From assembly GCF_009914755.1 (NCBI RefSeq), contig NC_060927.1: a stretch of 64,000 bases of DNA; one strand, 5' to 3'. The stretch is from the human T2T-CHM13v2.0 reference genome, Homo sapiens. This document shows, in pieces, positions 38,449-54,029 of this stretch; positions within the stretch are counted from its first letter, which is position 1, and each line of letters starts with the position of its first letter. The notes under the pieces were generated by a model that was not told where the DNA came from, did no database searches, and saw nothing but the letters and a program-made list of their open reading frames with translations. The translations under genes and the position numbers were made by a program.

Positions 38449-40728
38449 TGTATTAGTTCGTTTTCACACTGCTGATAAAGAAATACCTGAGACTGGAAAA
38501 TTTACAAAAGAGGTTTAATTGGACTTACAGTTTCACATGACTTAGGAAGCCTCACAATCATGGTTGGAGGCAAGGCAGAGCAAGTCACATCTTACATGGA
38601 TGGCAGCAGGAAGAGAGAGAGCTTGTGCAGGGGAACTGCTCTTTTTAAAACCATCAGATCTTTTGAGACTTATTCACTATCATGAGGACAGCATCGGAAA
38701 GACTTGCCCCCTTGATTCAATTACCTCCCACTGTGTCTCTCTGGCAACACATGGGAATTCAAGATAACACTTGGTGGGAACACAGCCAAAACATATCATT
38801 TGGTCCCTGGTCCCTGTCAAATCTTATGTCCTAACAATTCAAAATCAATTATGTCTTCTCAACAGTCTCCCAAAGACTTAACTCATTTCAGCATTAACTC
38901 AAAAGTCCACAGTCCAAAGTATCATCCAAAACAATGCAAGCCTCTTCCACCTCAGAGCCTGTAAAATCAAAAGCAAATTAGTTAATTCCTAGATACAATG
39001 GAGATGCAGGCATTGGGTAAATACTGCCATTCCAAATGGGAGAAATTGGTCAGAACAAAGTGGATAAAGGTCCCATGCAAGTCTAAAATCCAGCAGGGCA
39101 GTCAAATCTTAAAGTTTCAAAATGATCTCCTTTGACTCCATGTCTCACATCCAGGTCATGCTGATGCAAGAGGTAGGTTCCCATGGTCTTGGACAGCTCT
39201 GCCCCTGTGGCTTTGCAGGGTACAGTCTCCCTCCTGGCTGCCATCATGGACTGGTGTTGAGTGTTTGCAGCTTTTCCAGGCACACAGTGCAAGCTGTTGG
39301 TGGATCTACCACTCTGGGGTTTGAAGGATGGTGGCCCCCTTCTCACAGCTCCAATAGGTGGTTCCCCAGTAGGGAGTCTGTGTGGGGGCTCCAACCCCAC
39401 ATTTCCCTTCCACACTGTCCTAGTTGAAGCTCTCCATGAGAGCCCTGCTTCTGAAGCAAATTTCAACCTGGACATTCAGGCATTTTCATATCTCTTCTAA
39501 ACTCTATGTGGAGGTCCTCAAACCCCAGTTCTTGACTTCTGTGTACTGGTAGGCTCAACACCAAGTGGAAGATGCCAAGGCTTGAGGCTTCCACCTTTGA
39601 AGCCACTGACCAAGGTCTATATTTGCCCCTTTCAGCCACAGCTGGAGTGGCTGGGACACAGGGCACCAAGTCCCTGGGGTGCACACAGCATGGGGACCCT
39701 GGGCCTAGCCCACAAAACCACTTTTTCCTCTTAGGCCTCTGGGTCTGTGCTGGGAGGGGTTGCTATAAAGACCTCTGACATGCCCTGGAGACATTTTCTC
39801 TGTTGTCTTGGGGATTAACATTTGGCTCCTCCTTACTCATGCAAATGTCTGCAGCCAACTTGAAATTCTCCTCAGAAAATGGGATTTTCTTTTCTATCAC
39901 ATTGTCAGGCTGCAAAGTTTCCAAACTTTTATTCTCTGCCTCTCTTATAAAACTGAATGCCTTTAACAGCACCCAAGTCACATCTTGAATGCTTAGCTGC
40001 TTAGAAATTTCTTCTGCCAGATATCCTAAATCATCTCTCTCAAGTTCAAAGTTCCACATCTCTAGGATGGAAGCAAAATGCCTCCATTGTCTTTAATAAA
40101 ACATAAGAAGAGACACCTTTGCTCCAGTTCCCACCAAGTCCTCATCTCCATCTGAGACCCCCTCAGCCTGGACCTTATTGTTTATGTCACTATTAGCATT
40201 TTTGTCAAAGACATTCTGCAAGTCTCCAGGAAGTTCCAAACTTTGCAACATTTTTCTGTCTTCTTCTGAGCCCTCCAAATTGTTTCAACCTCTGCCTCTT
40301 ACCCAATTCTAAAGTCACTTCCATATTTTTGGATACCTTTTCAGTAGCACCCCACTCCTGGTACCAACTTACTATATTTGTCACTTTTCACACGCTGATA
40401 ATGACATACCTGAGATTGGGCAATTTACAGAAGAATGAGGTTTAATTGAACTTACAGTTCCATGGGTTTAGGGAAGCCTCACAATCATGGCAGCAGGCAA
40501 GGAAGAGTAAGTCACATCTTACATGGATGGCAGCTGGCAAAGAGAGAGAGCTTGTGCAGGGAAACTCCTCTTTTTAAAACCATCAGATGTCATGAGACTT
40601 ATTCACTATCATGAGAACAGCATGGGAAAGACTTGCCCCCATGATTCAATTACCTCCCACTGGGTCCCTCCCAAAACACATGGGAGTTCAAGATGATATT
40701 TGGGTGGGGACACAGGGAAATCATATTA
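38449..40728 (-). mobile_element. Full-length THE1B MaLR (LTR 38449-38798, internal ~1.57 kb, LTR 40373-40728)
   Basis: Two ~350-bp LTRs with gcaagtcacatcttacatggatggcagc; internal ORF remnants EGSEEDRKM and WNFELERDDLGYLAEEISKQ; 5-bp TSD ATATT at 38444-38448 and 40729-40733. Confidence 0.95.
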
Positions 40729-41109
40729 ATATTTATTATAATAAATATTTATTATGTATTATAAGCATATGAAGGCATATCTATTTGTACACATTATACA
40801 CATTATACATAGTGTGTGTACCTATAGTACCTATATGTGTGTGTATATATACATATATATGTATATATACACATAGAGAGGGAGACTTAAAGTTCTGTGA
40901 AAGAGAGTTTGTATCAGAGAGCAATACAAGAGCTCTAACACTATACTGCTTATCTGTTTTGCCTGCACTTGAATATATATATTTTTAATACCAAGGCTCT
41001 TATTAGAAAGATTTGACTTTCTATGAAAAATACATTCATGCCCTGATTCCATGTCTCTGACATTAAGAAACACACAGTGCACTTTAAGAATTATTACTAT
41101 TAATGTACA

Positions 41110-41514
41110 TTTAGCACAGGTTTCTAAACACCAATAAATGAATTTCTGTATGCAAATCAGGTAGCATCTTTTAAAGTAAATGCTCTCTTCAAGATAGGAG
41201 GTAGTTTCATAACTTAGAGCAAAGTTAGGTTCCTACCCTCCCACAGAAATTGGGAGAAACTTTCACTGTCTTCCTTGATAATTATTTTTCAAAGGGATGA
41301 TGCCCAGATCCTTGACAAAGACACTCAGTTCCACATTGCAAAACTGGTTGGCAAGAAGCTTTTAAACGGATTTGTATCTCAAAGCAGTAGAGAAAGAATT
41401 TACAATTTTCTAACGCAAATGATCTATGAAAAGGAAGGTCAGGGGCTTAGGGGCAGAAAGAAGCCTTTCTAATGTTTAGTCAGGCTGAAGGAAATTTTAA
41501 AGCCATTTTCATCA
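41110..41514 (-). mobile_element. Probable MER4-group ERV1 LTR fragment
   Basis: ttcaaagggatg...cagatccttga, tctcaaag...gagaaagaatttacaa motifs; minus strand begins TGATGAAAATGG. Confidence 0.5.
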
Positions 41515-41699
41515 GAATTTTCCCTTTTTTCATATTTCTACTCAAATGTCACATCACTTATGAGGTTTTTCTTATCACTTTGTGTTAAATGCAAATTTCC
41601 CCTGCCCTTGCCGTTCTCTGTCCCCATTGCCTTGCTTTATTTTTCTCTCTGGCAATGATCACCATCTGAAACTTGGCAAAATTACTTCCTGTGAGTTAT

Positions 41700-42800
41700 G
41701 TATTGTCACACAATGCAGCATAAACAAAATAAAATCTCAGTAGCATAAAATAATTGGCAGATATTGGTCCTGAATCTGGGTCAGCCTGGGATTGGTTAGA
41801 CAGTTCTACAGATGGTCACTGGACTGGTGATGGTGGCAAGTGACTCTCAGCTGACCAAGGCTGTGGTCCACTTGGCTCTCTTCTTCCATCAGGCTGGTCT
41901 GGGCATGTTCTTATGGTGATGAGCATGGCAGAAGCATAAGGACAGACAAGGGGAAACATGCCAGGTCTCTGAAGGCTTAGACTTGAAACTGCCTTTTTAA
42001 AAATTATATCAGCAAGAAAATTATAGCAGTGAAGGAGATCTGATCTGGCCAACTCCCATCTTGCCTTTAGCCTTCAGGCTGTGCTTAAGTATTCCTACGC
42101 TTTAGCTAAGCTAACTTCGGGAGACATTTAATTTATAGTTCAAATGATAATAGCCCTTCTCCAAAACTTAGCCCCTTTAATAAAGCTAATGAGACACCAC
42201 CAGGCTAGGAGGATACAGGAGCCTGAATTCTGCTAAAGTGTAGATGTAAATGATTACCTACTATTATTCCAGAGGTCACAAGATATGGAACTTCTCCAAT
42301 TAATCCTGCAGATTAATCACAATTGTAGAACCTGAGATTTGTCTTTTGAAATATTTTTTTTCAGGCTTTTTGCATGTCTGACAACTGATGGCTCTGCCTG
42401 GACCCACCAACCCCTCCTGTGGCCCCACACAGAAACCACTTAGCACAAGCATCTACTCAGCTTTGACTCCCTGTGATTTTATATCCAACCCAACCAATCA
42501 GCACTCCCCATACCCTAGTCTCTTACCCACTGAACCATCTTGAAAAACTCGAACCTCTGAGAGCTTGATGAGATTGATTTGAGTAATAAGTGTCTCCTGC
42601 ATGGCATGGCCAGCCTTGTGTCAAAGCCACGGTTGTGGCGAATTGCTTTTGTTTGTGCAGCAGGGAGGAAGAACCCATCGGGCTGTTACAGACTGAGAAA
42701 TAGCACACTCTTAACTTCCCAAGCAGAGCATGTTTCATAGGAATATATATACTGCCTTTATTAGGGGAAAACTCCAGAATCATCAGGGCACTTGGAAAAG
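41700..42800 (-). mobile_element. MLT1 (old MaLR) LTR split by LTR8
   Basis: aaaatctcagtagcataaaa, caggctggtctgggcatgttcttatgg, aggtctctgaaggcttagact; weak continuation after 42694. Confidence 0.6.
41984..42690 (+). mobile_element. LTR8A-like ERV1 solo LTR
   Basis: tgaaactgccttt...aaattat...agtgaaggagatctgatc start, ccaaccaatcagcactccc, gggctgttaca end; 4-bp TSD GACT at 41980-41983 and 42691-42694. Confidence 0.9.
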
Positions 42801-45800
42801 GATTGTTCTTGGTCATTAACACACATCTCTCAATATTCATCTGTGTCTCTTGCCTTGTCTTCCCACTCCTGGAGTGCAAGCTCCATGAGGACAGAATTGA
42901 CTTTATTTATTTTATTTCTGTCTCTCCGGTGTCAGAAATATTGTTTGACTCACAGTGGTAAATTTAATAAACATTTAGCAAATGAATGAATCGATATAAT
43001 TGTTTAGCAATTTTTCTGGTGCTGTTATAATAATTTAGTAACTGTTAAAATTTCTGTCCCTAATAATTCATTATGTCAGTTACTCAGGAAATATGGACTG
43101 GCTATCAGCTCTGGAAACTAATCTGTAATCAATGTTGTAACTAGCATGGTGAACAATATAAACATAGTCCTTGTATCATAGAGCTTAAAATTTAGTACCG
43201 GTTACTGCTTTTTGTGATGATTGAACATAGCAGGGTTTTTCTATTGTATATTGTGAAGATTGTGGTTGTATATTCTCATTTGCTGGTAAAGGATTAGCTG
43301 AGTTAAATTTTTGCAAAGCTAATCAGTGGTCCTGAAATCCTCTTATAATGCTGACTTATAACTTTAACTCACGTACACATATAAGCACACACACAAACAC
43401 AGACACACACAAGCATATTTAATTTTGCTTAAGAATGTTTAATTCATTCAATGAATATTTGGTGAAGAGCATTATGTGTAAGCATCCTCATTAATTGCTG
43501 TTGATAAAGTAATAAATAATGTAGATATTGTCTGTGCCTTCAAAGAACTTCCCTGTTTACCAGTGTAGAATGTTTCATACAATCCCTGTATATGTTAAAA
43601 ATATTCTTTAGTTGTTTTCATATATAACAGAAAACTTGATTGATAGTACAATTGGTACTTAACAATATTTCCTCTTCCTTTGTCTTTTGAAATGACTGTT
43701 TAGATCTTGATACTTGCAGATAATTAGACTGGATATTTATTTATAAGCCTGTTTTCTCCCCTCCCAAGTCTCTCCTTTAACTCAGGCAAATTTTCCTACA
43801 GTCTTTGATTTTTCTTTTGTTCCAGTTGATGTGTTTTTGTTTTGTTGTCTTTGTAAATATTTATTTAAAAAATACTCCATCTTCCTTGTTTTCCTACACA
43901 TTTATCATATCTTCTCTCTGTTTTCATTTTTAGTCTCCTTTCTTCTAGTTACTGTCATGGATTTAATTTTCCATAGTAGTTATTCTCCTTATTATTGTGT
44001 CCAAATTATTTTTGACCTGTTATTCCATGACTGAAGTTATTTTTTTCCTTTGCACTACATTTTAAAATTGTAGAATGTTTTCTCTCTATTATAAACAGTT
44101 CTTCTTTCTCTAAAAGCATAAGATAATAACTTTTTAATTACCCTTGCACTTGCTGTGTTTTTTTACTCTTATTTTTTCTTTTACTGTTTTAATATATTAA
44201 GCTCTATTTAAAAAGTAAGCAGACATTTGTAGCTGCCATGAGGTAGTATCACTATATTTTTTCATTAATTCATTTGGTTTTGAAAGAGGAAACTTATGAT
44301 TCAGTTTTACTGTATTATTTTCAGTAAAAAAGTTAAGCCATAGTTTTTTCTTTGAACATTAAAAACTTATATGATTACTTTTTAAATTTTGTCACTGTCA
44401 AACTATCAGTGAATTCCCTTATTCCCCTCTATATAAATCTACAGTTTATTCACACCCTGATTTACAAACTAGCTGCCTTCTAGGACTTTGCATGTAACTA
44501 TAATTGCATTGCTCTAACTATAAGCCATTAAATGTTTCCTAAGATCATCACACAAGTTTATTTTCCTGCCAGCTTACACATATATTAACTGAATCTGGAA
44601 TGTATCCTCTCTCTACCTTTAATCTAGGACTTTCAAAATTCTCAAATGTTCATCTCAAATAAACATTCTTCAAGATGCTTTTTCTGTTTCTTCCGTCGAA
44701 GTATCTGTGTTTCTGTTCTGGGATTTCTTGTCATCTGTCTTATATTATTAACACTTATGAAATATATTAGCTTTCCTAACACAGTAAGACTTTCTTATGG
44801 GAAATAACATATTTTGTCTACATTTGTGACCCTGCCTATATTCAGAAAAAAAAATATAAGATCTACAATGTGATGCCTTTTCAATAAATATTTTATAATA
44901 TACAAGAACATTACATTTTCTTTGAATATTTCAGTGACTTCTCAACACCTAACAAATAAAGATAAATTCTTAACTTAGAAGGATTTCTCCCCTCCCCTTG
45001 CCTGTAGTCAAGTTTCAACCATTATTTACCATTTTTTTCTCATTAGTAATACCTTAGCCAAATCATGAAATTTGATCTTTCTAGAAAACATCATAAAGTT
45101 AATCATCTCTATGTATTCACTCATGTGTTCTTGTCTTAGAACATCTTTGTGATCAAAAATCTATCTGGAGACAAAATTAAATTCTTTTTTGTTCATTTAT
45201 AGCCTTATTATTTGCCTTATTCTTGCATAATTCTTTCACATATTTATGGTTTTCATTATGATATAATCATCATACTATTTAAAATATACATTATATCCTG
45301 ACTTATGTTGCTATGAAGACAGAAGCTACTGCTTAATTTCAACTCTATTGTAGGGAATGCAAGTGAATGGACTAAGTTTATTCATTTATATAGCCATCCC
45401 AGAAAAAAATTTATTGTTTTGCATATGTGAAAGACACCTAGAAAGTATTTTTTAAAAATGATTTTGTTGTGGAAAAACAGATGAATAAAGGGCAAAGCAA
45501 TATTATCTTAACAAAAAAATTCCGAGCATTGAAATGAATTGAAATATATTACTTCAATGCCTAGAATTATAAATAGGGTGATGCCTGTCATGTAAATTGC
45601 ACAAATAATTTTATTTTTATAGGCACACAAACTGTATGTTTGCCTTTTTGGACAGAGAAGCTCTTAAATAATTGGTTGCATGCATCCCTTAGTAAACATA
45701 GCTTTAACACTGCAAATCTCTACAGCAGTGTTATATGGAAAGCATTAGTTCTCGCACTAGCTATACCTGAAATAAAGTCTGTTTTCAGTGTAAGTTTCTA

Positions 45801-47399
45801 ATGCTGTTGATTTCCCATGGCATTGATGTGGGATAATACCTAGGGATATATCTTTTATTAGTCATTCCACAAGATGAATCTTGTTAGTTTAAAACAAAAG
45901 TTGTTTAAAAAAACAATTGTTTATATTACATTATATTACATTAATGTAAACAACTAGTTTACATTACAACTTACATTGAAGTTAATGTCATTTTTAAGCT
46001 TTTTAACTTAGGATTCAAGCAACTGAAAAACAAAAACCTTCCCTTTGTCATAAATAATAACTGTCTTAATTATAATCAGGTAAGTGTTGTCTTCAAAAAG
46101 TCAATGCCTACTTATGCCAGTCATCATAAATGATCACAAAACTCTGCAGGGGTGGTGGGTTAGATATAATATAGATTTAGATATAGATATACAGAGCATA
46201 TGATGATATATATGGCCATGGATGAGAAATAATAGAAAAATGATTATTTAATTTTTATATTTTGATATTGCTAATTATACACAATGCTATTCAAAATACA
46301 CTGGAGTTTTGCATTTTATATTTTGGTCATTTCTATGGCCCCCTAAAGTAAACCCTTCCTATGTAATTGTCCTATTCATCTTTGCATGTTCAGTGTATGA
46401 GTAATACGGAGTTTATAGAGTTCAAGACAGTTTTATGGAGAGTTTTATAATATATGTGAAAGTCTTCACATAAGCTGTAGGTCATCCAGTGGAATTCTAT
46501 CAACAAACCTACATCATAAAGACACCAACAAATGATAAGTCAAAGGAAGAAAGAATTGGGAGCAGACCTACTTTATTTCTGCAGCAAATCTTCCTACTTT
46601 TGAGTACATTTATTTTCATATATAGAGAAACCTCAAGAATATTAAATAAGGGATGAACAACTTCAAAAAACTGTAGTCTCCCTCAGTAAATTATTCCCCA
46701 AGTGTGTATATTTAGAGATGCCTTTTTGGAGTTTATAAAGAATGTTTTATAAAAAAAAAAAAAAAAAAAACTCAGGGTTAGTAAATTTGACAAGTCAACA
46801 AGTCTCCCTTACAATATATTTAATACCACACAGAAAGTAAAAAGCCTAGAAAGTTAAGTGCTATGAGAACTTTTGTTATGAATAAAATAAAGTGTGAATA
46901 ATTAGCCAGAAGAAAAAATAAGTTGGAAAAAAGTCATAGTCACTGCAAAAAGTGTTATTTACCCATGAGTCACACAGGGCACTGGGACTCTGAGCTATTT
47001 TATGCTCTTCTAAGAAAACAAACAAAACCCTACTTAGAACTTAAATTTGCTCTATAACAGAAAACTAAAAGTTTAAAAATTAGAATATTTAAGGTTATAA
47101 AAGATCTACAGAAAGTGACCTGATGTAAACATTATCAATTGTTTGATTCTTCAAGAATATCAGTATATTTGAAAACCAATCTTAGTATAATGGCTCCTAT
47201 TTTGAAAACATTTCTAAATATGCAAAATGGTGACCAAAATGGTAACCCACTGTGAATACAATCTTTCTGCCAAATAATTTCAGAAGCAAAATTATAAAAA
47301 TTATTTTTAAATTTTCTAGCAGAACTCTTTTGTGATATGGGTATATTTAATATGCTTTGCTTAGTGTGTGAAAATGCTTTCAAATGGTGATGAGTTTAT

Positions 47400-48610
47400 T
47401 GTAATGTGTCCTTTTTACATTGGAAGGGGGAGTGGTTCAGACTGAAATTAACACATATTCTAGGTATGAATTTGACTTTTCTTCTCACAATTTTGACAGT
47501 ACCACAATCTGAGAGCTTAGAGAGTATTTGTTTTTCTGAGAAGGGATCCTTCATGATATCACTATAGACCAACAAACTGTTTTTTTAAAGGGAGGTATGG
47601 TACTGCATGAATAATTATGAGATCTACTTCTTCTACCACATATCATATTCTTGAGAAGTTGCCATTCTGATATAATACAGAAGAGAGTTTTGAAGGCATT
47701 ACTGCTATACCAGCTTGGAGTTAAATTTTTGAGAGCTGCATGAAAATTTGAGATGACGGTTGCATGATGCTGTGTCTCCAAGTAGAACACAAAGATCTGG
47801 TAATAAGGGATTGAAGTAGGAGAGGTAATGCTTACAATTTCTCTTTGTGATACACTGGGGGATTTGTCCTTCTTGTCTTTACATTCTAGGTTCAGAAGAC
47901 TTAAAGTTCTTTGTTCCCAGAGGAAGAGCTCTTCCATGAGTGAATAAAGCCGAAATTAAACTTTAAGCTATGGCATCCAAACAAATATCTGGGATTTGTG
48001 CCAAGGGATCAGCAGGCAAGGATATAAGACATCATCCTGGCAGGTTATTGACTCAGCATCAAGAGGAAGTACAGCTGCTGTTAACACAGTGGGACAAAGG
48101 AGAATATGGTTGGCATCAAGGCAGTGGTGTGTTGGTATCAGCTCTTAAACCTGCTCACCAGAGCCAGTTATGTACATCTCTTCTCAACTCCTCATTCAAT
48201 TAGGGTAATATCGGTAGCTCTAATCAGCTATGGTTGAAATATTTCACTACAGAAATCAGCAAACCTTCAAAAAAAACATTTTCTTTTTTTTTTCTTTACA
48301 GAAATCTGCTTGTTAAACATTTACCATTAGATGACTTATCCAGGAGAGTTTATGGAGCATCTCTTAGTACTCCTTTGGCCATTTTCAATTTTACATAATT
48401 TAATGTAGCAGTCACAACATGAGGAAGGATTGGAGATCAGCGGCTCAGCCACCGCAGAGATGAGAGTCTGGGTCACTCCTTCAAGTAAGCCACTTAGATC
48501 AGCAGAGGTGATAGGCTAGAGTTGGGTGATTTTAGAATTAATGTTAGAGAAGATAGATAATGAGTATCAGTTGTGGCATTGAGACCAGCTACAGCAGTGA
48601 GGGCTGTATT
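47400..48610 (+). mobile_element. Ancient ERVL internal remnant (integrase to 3' end)
   Basis: ~47620-47700 translates IYFFYHISYS*EVAILI*, compared with ERVL integrase IHWSYHVPHHPEAAGLIERW; 3' end gagtctgggtcactcc...gcagaggtg...gaccagctacagcagtgagggctgta. Confidence 0.65.
48122..48330. mobile_element. MER63-like hAT-Blackjack relic inside the ERVL remnant
   Basis: Left end cagtggtgtgttggta; right end ttgttaaacatttacca. Confidence 0.6.
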
Positions 48611-48639
48611 TTTTTTTCTAACTTTATTTTTTTATGAGC

Positions 48640-49050
48640 TATAGTGAATATCATTATGCTCCACCTAGATTTCCTTTCAGAAATGAGGTATTCATGCCTC
48701 ACCTACTAGATTTGTTAGCTACTGAGGGCACACAACTGAGTTCCTCTACAGCAATTACCCTTGGTTTAAGGTATACCCTTTCTTCAGTTTAAGTTACACC
48801 TTATTTCTACTCATTCAGAGACTGCTATGGAAAGCAATACAAAGGCCCAGAGGCTAGCCTTAATTCAAAGCAGTTTTCAATTGTCTTCATGAAATCAGCT
48901 GAGATGGTGGTCATGCCTATCATCGTTGAACTCCTGCCCCAACTGGGTTACTTTTCTTCCTAACAGATGTTATTCCTGAAACTATTCCCAATAAACTTCT
49001 GGCACATCAATCTCAGTCACAGATTCTGAAATGCCAACTCTACAGGTAGA
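48640..49050 (+). mobile_element. LTR16-like ERVL LTR (3' LTR of the remnant)
   Basis: Directly follows the ERVL internal end; gctccacctagatttcctttcag...cccaataaacttctggcac...aatctcagtcacagattctg. Confidence 0.6.
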
Positions 49051-49789
49051 TTTTACAAAAGCTTGAATAAACTTATTTCTACAAATTAACAGAAAGTTTC
49101 CTAAAACTAAAGTATATTTACCACTGTTACATAAATATGATATAACCCCATTAGCCCTATAGCCTGTAGTCTTCAAAATGTCATCCTGAGTCTAGGATTT
49201 CCTTGCTCCTATATTTAGCAATTTATAGATAATATTGTGATCTGATTTTAATGAAATTTTGGTGAATCCTGTCACAAAAAATATTTTCCTTTACAGGCAA
49301 AGTATGTCCTTTACAGGCAAAGTATGTGTATGTGTGTATGTGTGTGTGTGCATTGTATATCTTGACTGCTTTAAAGTAAATGATTAAATTTGTTGAAAAA
49401 AAATCAATCTTAGATTTGCTTTCTTCTAATATGGTACCTGGTAGTGATATTCGAAGAGAAGGTAACTATCTCTTCCTCACTTTTAATTATTGAAACTTAC
49501 TGTTGGCTACAAAACTAATTAGTGTGAAGATTCTTTTAGCTTGATTGTTTTGCCACACTCTATTTCTTCCTGGAAAATACTAACCGAAATCTGAAGCCTA
49601 GCAGCAAACAAGTAATAAACTGAGATAAATCATATACAGAGTGCGAATGCCTATGCCAGGTAGGAATCCTCCTTTGAGATCAAGAAAAGGAGATTAGCTG
49701 GATGAATTATTTCCTTCTTTGTAATTATTTTGAAGGTCTTGTAATTGAGAACTTAATTTAATTGGCTGTATGTGGGAAGTTAAGGAATT

Positions 49790-51906
<2,117 letters not shown>

Positions 51907-52775
51907 GAGAGAAATGGGATAAATTGTCTATCTTACCTTTATCACCTAGATAACTCAGAAATCATATATATATATATACTCTCTGCTGGATTCTCCATCT
52001 TGGCTCCACGTCTCTCCACAAAGTTGCTCAAAGAGAAATGACCACTTATTTACAATAATAATAATATAAAGGCACAACACAACTTACTCCCATACAAAAT
52101 AAAAATGTTTTATGAAATGAAGTTTATTTTATAGGAAATTCTACATTTATATTGCCTAACAGTCTTCTTATATCTTTCTCCTAAAACTTTTTGTGTGTGT
52201 GTTTCACAGTTACATGGTATAATCAAAATGCATATTAATATTTGCAAAATGGTGATTCTGAAATTGGATGGTGCCTTAACCAAACAGAAAACAAATGTGC
52301 ACCAAAAATAAAGAACAAAAAAAGTCCAGGGCCCCTTAAAACTACTCTTCATTTGTTATCTAGGGGAATGATCCTAGCTGCTTATATTAGTTTTGATTTT
52401 AGCTCTCCAAACGGATTAAATTGACATACTACCTGGGAACACTGTGTTGGTTACAGGGAATCCAGGAGTGAAGAGACATTATTCGATTATTTTAAGAGTT
52501 TATATTTTTTGAGTAATAAATGTGTATGTAATGCACAGAGTAGAACAGTGTCAGTGGTTATCATTTACTGAGCATTCACTTTGTCCCACATTCCTTATAG
52601 ATATTTCATGTGATATTAATTTAATCAGCAGAAATAGCAATACTTTATGTTTGGGGTAATTAGGGTAAAAGAGGGTAAATAAATGTACTAAATAGGTAAC
52701 ATTACATTTTGAAAATAATTTTACTGATATAGGACCAACTTAATTTTTTAACCAGCTTGCTTATGATTGAATAAA

Positions 52776-52776
52776 C

Positions 52777-52816
<40 letters not shown>

Positions 52817-52822
52817 ATATAT
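52776..52822. repeat. Compound (TA)n(TG)n(TA)n microsatellite
   Basis: Read directly from the sequence. Confidence 0.9.
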
Positions 52823-53655
52823 ACATCTTCTTGATCTAGTATACTAATAAAAAATAAGAGGAGTGAGTTGAGCATTTGTATTCAATTTTGTAGCATTATC
52901 TACATACGTAAATCTAACACAAAAGTATCAAAATCAAATTTTATTATATATAGGGAGCACTGCTTAAATTATCAGATATTTATCGAGATGTTACCCACCC
53001 CAAGGCATTTGGATATTTTTTTCAATAGATTAATTATTACTGATAGGGTAGTAGAAAAGTTCAAATGATTTCAAATCTAGACATATTGTGAGAAATATTC
53101 AGATATCTGTAAAATAGTAAAAATGAGCAACTTTTGCATCTTAATTATTCCAGTAAAATAAAACATAATAAATTCAATAATGAAGCAAATCATGAAGTGA
53201 GGGTGTCACAGAGAGACTGATGTCCAGATATTCCCCAAGGCAACTGGGGAAGAGTTCACCGGAGACATTGCTCATCTAATTCTAATGAATAACAAGAACC
53301 TTGCCAGGTAAATAAGAATAGAGAAAAAATATCCAACAGAAAATTTACAGAAAGATGATTTTAAAAGAAGAAAATTGCCTAGTAGTGAGAGCATAGCAAG
53401 TGAAAGGCAGAGTGGTACAAAATGAAGACGAACAGTTTCCCTAAGGTAACCTGTGATTTCTACTAAGAAATGCATGACACATTGGCTCTATCTTGTAGCC
53501 CAAATAAATGGTAATTTGATGAAATTTTGAATTAATAATTCTCATATATTGGAGATAAGGAGTCTTCCCACATCTCCCCTATAATTTCTGCATTCAGGTT
53601 TTGTTTCCAATGGGTTAGAGCTAGTAACAGATAGACACTGGGATCCTGGATTATA

Positions 53656-54029
53656 GGTGTTAGCCTATTCTCACATTGTTATAAGGATACTACCTGAGAC
53701 TGGATAGTTTATAAAGGAAAGAGGTTTAATTAACTTACAGTTCTCTTTGGCTGGGGAGGCCTCAGGCAACTTACAATCGTGGTAGAAGGCAAAAAGGAAG
53801 CAGGCTTGGACCTTCTAACATGGTGGCAGGAGAGAGAAGTTCTAGCAAGAACAGGGAAAACGGCCTTATAAAACCTTCAGATCTTGTGAGAACTCACTCA
53901 CTATCACGAGAACTGCATGGGGGAACCATCCCCATGATCCAATCACCTCTCACCAGGTCTCTACCTTAACATCTGGGAATTACAATTCAAGATGATATTT
54001 GGGTGGGGACACAATGCCTAACCATATCC
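53656..54029 (-). mobile_element. MSTA/THE1D-like MaLR solo LTR
   Basis: tacctgagactgg...ggctggggaggcctcagg-aacttacaatc...gagaactcactcactatcacgagaac...tttgggtggggacaca. Confidence 0.9.

Larger units (their letters stand above)
41525..42992 (+). mobile_element. L2 3' end split by nested MLT1 and LTR8 insertions
   Basis: ctcaaatgtcac...ttgctttatttttctc at left; gcaagctccatgaggacag...aataaacattt...gaatgaat L2 terminus at 42850-42992. Confidence 0.7.

Noticed and set aside
39083-40278. THE1 internal ORFs as a coding gene
   Set aside because: Fragmented across several frames; ordinary MaLR internal remnant
46751-46770. Isolated A20 run as a retroposed tail
   Set aside because: No TSD, upstream element body or adjacent poly(A) signal
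47551-47937. 128-aa minus-strand ORF
   Set aside because: Antisense to a decayed ERVL integrase region; no recognisable domain
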